A stretch of DNA of 64,000 nt from Mobula birostris. Taxonomy: Eukaryota. The stretch spans positions 16,283,939 through 16,347,938 of the forward strand of contig NC_092394.1 of the NCBI RefSeq assembly GCF_030028105.1. Direction: 5' to 3'. Each line of letters begins with the position of its first letter. Within the stretch, counting starts at the first letter, position 1. Under the pieces are notes generated by a model. It saw only the letters and a program-made list of their open reading frames with translations, was not told the DNA's origin and did no database searches. The position numbers and the translations under genes are program-made. Shown here one piece after another: positions 10,880 to 22,200 of this stretch.

Positions 10880-11200
10880 TCAACGGTTCTCTGACTAAAG
10901 CTCCTGCCCCAAGGTCAGAATGTTGTGGGTTCAAATTCATTCCAAGACCGAGCATGGTCCACAGGGTGAAAGCACCCTGATTATTAGAGCTTGTGCCTTC
11001 CAGATGGAACTTTAAACTGAGGCTCGACTTTCCGGTTCCTGGGACTCAAGTGGATGCCGTATTCCCAATGGGAAGAGGACTGATGAGTGGTTCTGGTGTC
11101 CTGGTCAACATTCCTCCCCGGGCAAGTCAATAACTGGATGATTTGCCTCCTTTGCTCTTTGTAGGTCCCTGCTGTGCATGCTCTCTGCTCTGTTTTAGTC
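10880..11200 (+). mobile_element. DeuSINE (SacSINE1/AmnSINE1-like)
   Basis: tRNA-like head GTCAGAATGTTGTGGGTTCAAATTC, TTTAAACTGAGGC, and Deu-domain-like CTGGTGTCCTGGTCAACATTCCTCCCC...CTTTGTAGGTCCCTGCTGTGC. Confidence 0.6.
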
Positions 11201-11324
11201 TATAGCCATTCGTTTTAAGCAGTTTACTAGCTGCGGAACGCATTAGTTGATTCCAAGAACACAAGGAACCTGTATTAACACAGGTTCCTTCACTCCTTAG
11301 CAGCTGCAGTATTCTTTGAAGTGC

Positions 11325-11339
11325 TCAATATGGTTTCTT
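11325..11339 (-). CDS. TAPBPL: Tapasin-family gene exon 8 (KKPY-stop, KKxx ER-retrieval motif)
   Basis: Strong acceptor CTTTCTTTTATCTCTCCTGCAG then AAG AAA CCA TAT TGA in phase 0. Confidence 0.8.
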   Translation of the reverse strand, partial: KKPY

Positions 11340-13215
11340 CTGCAGGAGAGATAAAAGAAAGATCACTGCACATGACAATAGCCATTATCATATCGGTAAT
11401 AGAATGCTTTAAAAGTGTTAAATTATCTTTATATTAACTTCTACTTTGTCAGGACTTGAGTTTTATGGAAAGATTGAATAGGTTGGGACTTTAGGATCTA
11501 GAGCGTAAGGGAATGAGGGGAGATTTGATAGAGGTATACAAAATTATGAGGGGTATGGATAGGGTAAATGCAAGCAGGAGGTTGGGTGAGACTACAACTA
11601 GAGGTCACGGGTTAAGGGTGAAAGGTGAAATGTTCAAGGGGAACATCTTCACTCTGAGGTCGGTGAGAGTGTGGAACGATCAGGCAGTGAAAGTGGTGGA
11701 TGTGGGTTTGATTTCAATATTAAATGAAATTTGGATAGGAACATGGATGGCTGGGCTATGGTTCAGGTGCAGGTCAATGGGAGCAGGCAGATTAATAGTT
11801 TGGCACAGACTGAAAGGGCCAACTGGCTTGTTTCTGTGCTGTAGTTTTCTACGACTCTGTGGCTCTTGGTTTAATTTTATTGGTTCAACACAAGCCAAAC
11901 TCTAGCCCATGTTTCATGTTAGTAAACGAACTAGTTTCACCCTCACGCATCCCTCCCCAGAACTACTGTGAAACACTTACCTGCTCCAAAATCCAAGGAA
12001 CCCTCTTCAGTGGGCACACTCAGAGACACACTAACTGATCCAGGTCCTCCTCCACCCGCCAACTACCTTAAACCACCCCCACACCGCCCCAGAACACTAA
12101 CTTCAAATCCTCCTTGACAACACAAACACCTACGTCAGGATGCTGTTAATCCACTATAGCTCGGCATTTAACACCATCGTTCCCACAATCCTGATTGAGA
12201 AATTGCAGAACCTGGGCCTCTGTACCTCCCCCTGCAAATGGATCCTCAACTTCCTAATCGGAAGACAATAATCTGTGTGGATAACATATCCTCTTCGCTA
12301 ACGATCAACACTGGTGCACCTCTGGGGTGTGAGCTTAGCCCACTGCTCTACTCTCTCTATACCCATGACTGTGTGGCTAGGTATAGCTCAAATACCATCT
12401 ATAAATTTGCTGACGATACAACCATTGTTGGTAGAATCTCAGGTGGTGACGAGAGAGCGTACAGGAGTGAGATATGCCAACTAGTGGAGTGGTGCCACAG
12501 CAACAACCTGGCACTCAACGTCAGTAAGATCAAAAAGCTGATTGTGGACTTCAGGAAGGGTAAGACGAAGGAACACACACCAATCCTCATAGAGGGATCA
12601 GAAATGGAGACAGTGAACAATTTCACGTTCCTGGGTGTCAAGATCTCTGAGGATCTAACTTGGTCCCAACATATCGATGTAGTTATAAAGAAGGCAAAAC
12701 AATGACTGTACTTCACTAGGAGTTTGAAGAGATTTGGTATGTCAACAAATACACTCAAAAACTTCTATAGGTGTACTGAGGAGAGCATTCTGACAGGCTG
12801 CATCACTGTCTGGTATGTGCGGGGGGCGGGGGGGGGGGGGGTAAGACTACTGTACAGGACCGAAAGAAGCTGCAGAGGGTTGTAAATCTAGTCAGCTCCA
12901 TCTTGGGCACTAGCCTACAAAGTACCCAAGACATCTTCAGGGAGCGGTGTCTCAGAAAGGCAGTGTTGATTATTAAGGACCTCAGCACCCAGGGCATGCC
13001 CTTTTCTCACTGTTACAACAGGGAGGAGGTACAGAAGCCTGAAGGCACACACTCAGCAATTCAGGAACAGCTTCTTCCCCTCTGCCATTTGATTCCTAAA
13101 TGGACATTGAACCCGTGAACACTACCTCACTTTTTTAATATGTATTATTTCTGGTTTTGCATGATTTTAATCTATTCAATATACATATACTGTAATTAAT
13201 TGATTTATTTATTTA

Positions 13216-13246
<31 letters not shown>

Positions 13247-16200
13247 CTTCTATATTATGTATTGCATTGAACTGCTGCTGCTAAGCTAACAAATTTCACG
13301 TCACATGCCAGTGATAATAAACCTGATTCTGATTCTGATTAATAAGTTTACTATGCACTGGCCCCAGTCTCATCTACAGCCATGGAGTCACAGAGAGGTA
13401 CAGCCCAGAAACAGGCCCTTCGGTCCATCGAGTCTCTGCCCACCATCAACCACCCATTTATAATAATCCTACATTAATCCCCCACATACCTATCAGCTCC
13501 TCCCCGGATTTTACGACTGACCTGCACACTGGGGGCAATTGATAACGGCCACTTAACCTATCAACCCACACGTCTTTGAAATGTGAGAGATCACATGGAC
13601 GTAAGGAGAGCATGCAAACTGCACACAGACAGCACCCATGGGCAGGATTGAGCACAGCTCTTTGGCATTGCGAAGTGAGGCACAGGCTCAACTCACTGCA
13701 CCTCTTTCCACAATCAGTTCCTGTGTTGCACACTGGTACACTCCCCCCAACCTCTCGTCCACTTTTTACTTCCCCCACCCCCCCACAATGACAGACCCAT
13801 CAGCCAGTTAGGTGTTTCCGAATGAAGCTGCTCTCTTAGACCATGAGACACAGGTACAGAGTTAGGCCACTCCGCCCAGTGAGTCCGCTCCGTCATTCCA
13901 TCATGACTGACTTATTTCCCTTCTCAACACCATCCTCCTGTCTTCTCCCTGTAACCTTTGACGCCCTGACTAATCAAAAACCTATCAACCTCTCTGCCTT
14001 AACGAATTGGCCTGCTCGGCCGCCTGTGGCAATGAATTCCACAGATTCACCGCCCCCTAGCTCAAGAAATTCCTCTTCATCTGTGTCCTACATGGATGTC
14101 CCTCTAATCTGAGGCTGTGCTCTCTGGTCCTAGACTCTCCCACTACAGGAAACATCCTCTCCACACCCACTCTACCGTGGCCTTTCAACCCCCCTCTTGC
14201 TCCGACACCCTGCTCTGGATCTTTTCATCTCTAATTGCCGATGAGATTATCAACAGTCTCAACCTTAGCACTCTCAACTCCTATTCGAAGCTTAGGCCTT
14301 TAAAGGCACTTCCCTCCACTCTCTCCGCACGAGTCCAACCTTACCATCGAACCAATGGACGGGGCGGGGGGGGCGGGTGCTGGTGTCGCCTGTCGTCTGT
14401 CAGACTGACCTTGACCTCACATCAGGCCAGATACCCAACCATGAAAAAGTGAGCAAAGCTCATGAAATCACTCAACAACAAGAATCTGTCAGAGAAAGAA
14501 TGCAGCTATATTGCCCAATAAGTTACAAGATCCGGTCAAATTACAGTTTTGTACAGTTTTCCTAAATGAAACTTTGTAGTATTAAAATTCAACATTCCTC
14601 TTACCTTGCTTTTAACCATAACTGCAAAACAAAGGGTAGAGAGTCGTTAGAATTCACATTAGCACACGCACATCATACAGTCAACTTAACACAAGAGATT
14701 CTGCAGATCCTGAGCAACACACACAAAATGCTGGAAAAGAATCAGCAGGTCAGGCAGCATCCATGGAGGGATGCTGAGAAACATCCAGGGATGCGCTGGG
14801 ACACAGCATCAGTGAAGTAACATAGGGTCATCAGGTGTTTCGGGTCTTTGAACATCAGACCCCCTCGTCCAGGTGACCCAGCCAGGGTTGATCAGGCCCG
14901 GCTTGTACCCCAGCAGCATTGGTCCACAGGTCACGCCTCTTCATCCACAGCCATCTGGGGCTCGCTCAACAGCCTCAGTGACAGGTCCTGATGGCTTTTT
15001 CTCTGCAGACCCTGTAATTCCAGGGAGAGAGTAGGTTCTGCACAGCGAGCAGACAGCAACATCTCTACACCCCACCTCTGTAGGCTCGCATCGTGCCCTC
15101 CACCCCTGTCTCTGGCACTACTATACCAGCTCCTGGTATTTGTAAATAAATATTCAATGCTTCTGGCTGAGACCCTCTTTCTGGGTCCCTCTGTCCTGAT
15201 CAAAGACGCTTTGTCCTGATGAAAGGTCTTGACCTGAAACATCGACTGTTTAATTCCCTGCCAGGCCTGCTGAGTTTCTCCAGCATTTGATGTGTGGTTG
15301 ATACAGTGAACTGACACATTTTCCACACTGACATCGCTCAAAACTCATTTTCGTTTCCTTTTTTGAAAGTGAATCAGAACGTCACAAACTCTTGGGTGCT
15401 CTTCTCTGAGGATTAGTTGGATTTGTCACATGTACATTGAAACACAGAGTGAAATGCATCGCTTGTGTGCTCTGGGCAGCCTGCAAGTGTCTCCACGCTC
15501 CTGAAGCCAACAGCGCACCCCCACAACTTACTAACCCTAACTCGTACGCCTTTGGAACGTGGGAAGAAATGAAGCACCCAGAGGAAACCCACGTGGTATT
15601 GGGGAGAACGTACATACTTACAGACAGCGGCAGGAAGCGAGCCCTGACTGGCCATCGCTAGCGCTGTACAGCAATTGCGCTGCTACGCCCCCACGTTAGA
15701 AGTGCAAACACACTGGTTATTACTAAACATCAGATACAGTCGTCTTGTTCAGAGCAACCCCCAGGCCAGGTCCATCAGAACGGCTAACCCTGCTGGGGTG
15801 ACAGGGGCTCTCTGTGTTACCAGCTCAGCTCTGAGCTTGATCTTTGTCTTTCTCTAGCTGAGCCCATCTCATGCAGAGCTTCAGTTCCTGGTGGAGTCCG
15901 TTAGCTTGGGTCAGAACAGGTTAGACCAGTCCTTTATGTGGCTGTGGATCTAGTGTCATGTTCAACCAGACTGGATCACTGCAGCTGGTCCTAACCCGAG
16001 GGTTCCAGAATACATCCAGTTAACCAGGCACAACAGTGGGCTTGGAACCCACCCCCTTTACCCAGCCAGTAACTTACCACTGTATCAAAGCACCATCAGC
16101 ACTTTTGGGCTCAGGAATCCCGTGACAAGTCATTCTTGCAAAACCTCATCTCAGAAATGTATGAAAGTTCTGATTTGTCACCTTAACCTGTCTCATTCTG

Positions 16201-19200
16201 TCTGCAGTTCAATGGTGAAGATGGCCACAGACCAGGGGTTCCCAACCTCGGGCCCACGGGCCTCCTCGCTTCATGGTAGGGGTCCATGGCATAAGGAAGG
16301 TTGGGAACCCCTACCATAGAGCACAGAACAGTACAGCACAGGATCAGACCACCCCCCACAGCTCACGATAGAACACAGAACATAGAATAGTACAGTACAG
16401 TAAGGCCCTTCGGCCCACAATGTTGTGCCAACTCTCAAACCCTGCTTCCCATATAACCCCCCACCTTAAATTCCTCCATATACCTGTCTAGTAGTCTCTT
16501 AAACTTCACTAGTGTATCTGCCTCCACCACTGACTCAGGCAGTGCATTCCACGCACCAACCACTCTCTGAGTAAAAAACCTTCCTCTAATATCTCCCTTG
16601 AACTTCCCACCCCTTACCTTAAAGCCATGTCCTCTTGTATTGAGCAGTGGTGCCCTGGGGAAGAGGTGCGCTGGCTGTCCACTCTATCTATTCCTCTTAT
16701 TACCTTGTACACCTCTATCATGTCTCCTCTCATCCTCCTTCTCTCCAAAGAGTAAAGCCCTAGCTCCCTTAATCTCTGGTCGATGTTGTGAATTAAATTA
16801 GTAATCAAATACCTAACTATACTAATCCCTTCTGCCCACACACAGTGTCCAAATCAGTCCATTTCCTGCGCATTCGTGTGTCTATCTAAGAACCTCCTGA
16901 ATGCTCCTATTGCATTTGCCTCCCCCATCGCCCCCAGCAACGCATTCTGGGCACCTGCCACCCTCTGCGTAAAGAACTTGCCCCACACATCTCCCGTGGG
17001 GGCAGCACAGTCGCATGGCAGTTAGCGTAGCACACTACAGTGCCATCTGTAGGATCGGGGTTCCATTCCCACTGCTATCTGTCAGGAGTTTGCAGGCTCT
17101 CCTTGTGGGTTTCCCCCAGGTTCTCCATTTTCCTCTCTCGTTCCAAAAACGTACGAGTTTGGGTCATTGTGGGCAGGCTACGTTGGCGCTGGAAGCATGT
17201 CCCCAGCACATCTTGGACTGTGTTGGTCATTGCCACAAACAATGCATTTCACTGTATGTTTCAGTGTTTCGTCATACAACTTACTGGCAGTTCTCAAAAC
17301 AAGGAATACAACTAAATACCTTATCTGTTAAAAAACAAACACGGTAAACCATCACTGCGAACAGTGGAGAGGTGAGCAAAGGCCCGGCTCAGTCGAGGAT
17401 TGAAGTGGAATGAAGTGCAGACACTGGTAAACACAGTTACACACCCAGTTACAAAGCATTCAAATTTGGAGATGGAATGATTCCACATTCTATCAAGAAT
17501 GAAAATTCCTGCAAAAATAGGGGTAAGAAAATGGCAGTGTAGTGTACTAATTGTGAAAGGAGGAAAAAGTAAAGTTGTTAAAACAAAAGAAAATCTTGTC
17601 TTTGTTGTTTGAACGTTATCAGCTTGAACTTTGATGTGGCAAATAAAACTAATCTAATCATTTGAATTTACCCTCTCTCACCTAAATACATGCTCTCTGG
17701 TATTAAACATTTCAACCTTGGGAAAAAGATACTGACTGTCTACTCTTGGCTGTCTGACTTCCACCAGACTCCAATAATCCTGCTTGTAAGAAATAGCAAA
17801 TTTCTCTGACAGCGAATCTTGACAGGCTGTCTGTCCAACGAGATCTATAAACTCATAGCATCGTAACAGCTTGCTCAAAGCTCAAGCTGTGAATCATTTA
17901 TGCTTCAATTGAGGCTGTTTGCTCTATCCCAACGGGGCCTGTAGTGATGTCTGTATTTGTGAAACGAAACAGCATGGATTCTTTCAAAAGGAAATTAGGC
18001 AAATATGTGAATGAAAAAAAAATGCACTGGTAGAAATCCTGGAAGACAGAGAGAGGGCAATAGACCGGGAGAAAACATCAGCTTTGACCAGTTACAGCAT
18101 TTATTCCTCTGCTGTATGTTTCAGAGGCATTTAGACGGATACTGTTGGGTAATCAAAACTGACCAACGCATCACTGGCGCCAGCCCACCTGCCATCAAGG
18201 ATCTATGTGGTGCTGGCAAAAAGGCCAGCAACGTCATGAAGGATCCCACCCACCAAGGTGCACCTATCATTTGCTGCGAGTGCACAAAGGAATTTAAACT
18301 GCGCACCAAAGGTTGTCCCCCACTACCTCGTTGGCACGCCAAGTATAATTCACGATCGTACTCAGTCACATTTCCTTTTCCGGTTTCTAACGCGGATGGT
18401 GTTGACCGCATTGAGTTTGCGATGATTTGCCTGCAGATTTTAGAACTGGGATATTTATACTGTTCTTATTGAAGAAATTATCTCATGCGCACATGTTGTT
18501 GTCACTGGGCAAAAAAATTGCACAGCGCAAGATTTTTGCACACAGCGGTCATTACAAATTAGAGGCCACCCACCCTGCTTGCCCCACTCCCATATACATA
18601 GCAACCACCTGACTCAAAAACAGTTACTTTCCCCAAGCAGTAAGGCTGATCAGCACCTCCACCCACTGACCCACTTTATCATCTCCTGTCAGGCACCCTA
18701 CGTACAGACACTCTGGGCCTAGTGTCACTCTATAAGGACACACAATCAATTTAAGTATATAAGCTATCTTATACATTTATATTTGTTTTTTATTATTCTA
18801 CTCTTTTTCTTATTGTGTGTTTTTTTGCACTGCATTGTATCCGGAGTAGCAATTATTTTGTTTACACTTGTGTACTGGAAGTGACACTTGAACAATCTTG
18901 AATCTTGACATGAATGGGCAGAGAGTGGAGGGATATAGACCACGTGCAGGCAGATGGGGTAGGTTTAAACTGGCATCGTGGTTGGCACAGGCACTGTGGG
19001 CCACAAGGCTTGTTCCAAAGCAGTACTGTTCGAAGTTTCACTTTATTCAATAACTTCTTTACACTGGAACAATTCTCCAAATTAAGCACTTAGACAAGAA
19101 CGAAAGAAATCAGAGCCGGAGTAGACATTCCCACATTCAGTCTGATCTGGTCTGGTCACTGGCTTTACCCCCGCCTGTTCCTCAAACCGAGGATTCCTCT

Positions 19201-22200
19201 CATAGTCAAACCATCTCAGCCTCGAACACACTCAATGACTCAGACCACTGGGTAAAGAATGGCAAAGTTTCACCACCCTCTTTGGGAGGAGAATCCCCTT
19301 CTTCTCATGCTTATATCTGAAATCTAGACTCTACCGTCAAAGGAATCAGCAACCCGTCAAAGTTCAAAGTAAATTTATTATTAAAGTACGTCTGCTACCC
19401 TGAGATTCATCGTTTTGCAAGCATTCACAGTAGAACAAATAAATACAACAAAATCAATGAAAAACCAAGCACAAAGACTGACAAACAACCAATGTTTAAG
19501 GGAAGACAAGATGTGCAAATAGAAAATAATAAATAAATAGATAGATACTGAGAACATGAAGCCCCCTCAGAACTGTATATGTTCCCTTGAGATCACTTCA
19601 TCTCTGCCAGCAGTTCCTAGGACCATGATGATATCGAACTGGTCTTTTAGAAAGGTTATACAATCGTGGGGCTGAAATCAGGACCTCAAGAGATGGGCTC
19701 ACCTCTTAACAGCAGAGAACACAAAACAGCGAGCACTCACCTTTATTCAAGTAGATGAGCAAGACGATCAGAAGAACACATAAGAATAGGAAGAATGCCA
19801 ACAATACAAAGGACTGTTCTATCTCGACTTGTGCTGAAGAGACAAGAGAAAATACTGAGCATGATTGCTTTAAGATTTCTGTCACACATTACTGCGAAGA
19901 TTAGAACGATGGTGATGAGTTTCCATTCTGCTCTTGTTAAGTCTTATCCCTGACATCTGCATCACCAGAAACTAATAGTTCTTCATTCATTTGCAACCAC
20001 ATCCGTTTTCTCATTACTTAATCAGGTGTGCACCCGATCCAAATATCCCGAGACAAGTGTCTGCTCACCTCTGTATTAGAGTGGCGTCCGCATTGAAGCT
20101 TCACTGGTTTCTGTTTCCCAGGTCACTTACGTTAATACACTGTGACTGATCCAAGCCTCACTGACAGACCAAAAGACTACAAGACATAGGAGCAGAATCA
20201 GCCCATCGAGTCTGCTCTGCCATTCCATCACGGCTGATTTATCATCCCCCTCAACCCCATTCTCCAGTGCTCTCACCGTAGGTGCCCAGACTAATCAAGA
20301 CCCTATCAACCTCCACTTTAAATATACACCAATCTGAGAAGTGATCGTCCTGATGTTTTCAATAATAATAATATTGTATGGGTGGCAGGGCGGAAATACG
20401 TCTCCTCCTTCCTTCTGCAAGCCTGCATGTCACCCTTGGGCAAAGTGTAGCACCTGCTTAGCCTCCCCGATCGGGGTCACGTGAAACATGGGAGCCGGTG
20501 TTGGATGGCTGTATGAGCAGCTGGTGCACATCACAAGTCCTGGTAATGTGACCACTGACGAGCTCTGAAGAGTACTGATAATGGCTGGGATTACCCGAAT
20601 TCTAAAGACACTGCCCAGATAAAGGCAATGGCAAACCACTTCTGTGGAAAATTTTGCCAAGAACAATCTTGGTCAAGGAAAGACCATGATCGCCCACGTC
20701 ATACGACACGGCGCATAACAAATGAATAATCCACATGGAACTCCAATGTATCTTCATCAGTGAAGTCTGCCCACTGCTTACCTTCCACGTTCACGTGGAC
20801 ATAACGTTTAATCGGCTTCTTCAAGCCAACATGGTCAACCAGGCAAACGTACGTGGCACCATTGTCTCTGAGGGAGGCGGTGAACCTGAAGTAACCCGTC
20901 ACATTGTAAGTGCCATCTCTGTTGGGCTTATGGGATGAGAAGACGGTGTTGGGTATGTAGACGGGTACGAGGTGCTCCTGGCCCTGATGCCGCTGCCATT
21001 TCATCGTCACGTCAAGTGGGTAAAACATCTCTGCATCACATGTCAGCTCCTGCTCGTCCCCTTCCCTCAGGGAGAGAGCACTGTGGCTTAGGGAAACCAA
21101 GGGAGGCTCTGCAAAGGGAACAGCCAAATATTCTGTCAGAGAAGGGCACAACACCCGGGTGGATGCTCACAAAAAAAAGCTGAAAATGCTGGAAACACTC
21201 AGCAAGTCAGCCAGCATCTGTGGAGAGAGAAACTGAATTAATGTTTCAGGTCAATGACTTTTCATCAGAACTGTGAATAGTTAGAGACAGGCAAGCCTTA
21301 GGCTGCAGAGAGTTGGTGGGGAAACAGGGAACAACCCTGAAGGCTGGAGAGACTTTAATGACAAAAAAGCCGGTGGAAATGGGATAAAGGCATAAAGGCT
21401 CTTTCTGACAAACGGTCTTCAACTTACAACATTCACTCTGTTTCTCTCTCCGCAGATGCTACCTGACCTGCTGAGTGTTTCCAGCATTCCCTGGCTTTAT
21501 TTCAGATTTTCAGCATCTGCAGTGCTTTCATTTTCAAACAAATTTTGGGTCTAGGGTTGGTGAAACTGAGGATAGCAATATCTTTATCAGGAAACCGTTG
21601 AGCTTAATCTTGAGGGTGTTAGGCTCCAGCGTGCTGAGTTAAAAGACGAGGCACCTTTGACTTTATATTCAACACGAGCAGAGGTGTGCAGGAAACCAAG
21701 AACAGAGGAGATACTGGAATCATAATTAAAGTGACACAGTGGTCAGAAGTTAGGAGTTAGGCACAGGCTGAACAATGATGGTCTACATCTCCAAAGTGTC
21801 TTGCTTGCTTCCCTAGTGTAGAGGAGAATGTGTTGTGAGCACTAAAAACAGAATACTGAACCATAGGTACAAGTAAATGGATAGACATGGACTGATTAAG
21901 GATAGCCCAGCATGACTTCGTGAGTGGTAGGTCACGTCTAGCCAATCTCATGGAGTTTTTCGAGGAAGTTACCAGGAAAGTTGATGAAGTCAAGGCAGTG
22001 GATCTTGTCTGCATAGACTTTAGAAAGGCATTTGACAAGGTCCCGCATGGGAGGCTGGTCAAGATGGTTCAGTCGCTTGGCATCCAAGATGAGGTAGTAA
22101 ATTGGATTAGACATTGGCTTTGAGGGAGAAGCCAGAGTGGTGGTAGAGGGTTGCCTCTCTGACTGGAGGCCTGGGACTAGTGGTGTGCCGCAGGGATCGG

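Noticed and set aside
17340-17510. Strong-looking minus-strand acceptor (TATTTTTGCAG) as candidate TM exon
   Set aside because: No hydrophobic stretch in the required phase and no good donor; the TM exon is at 19741-19833.
18011-18472. 153-aa plus-strand ORF
   Set aside because: Composite of CR1 and Rex-like remnants and unique intron sequence; no recognisable domain.
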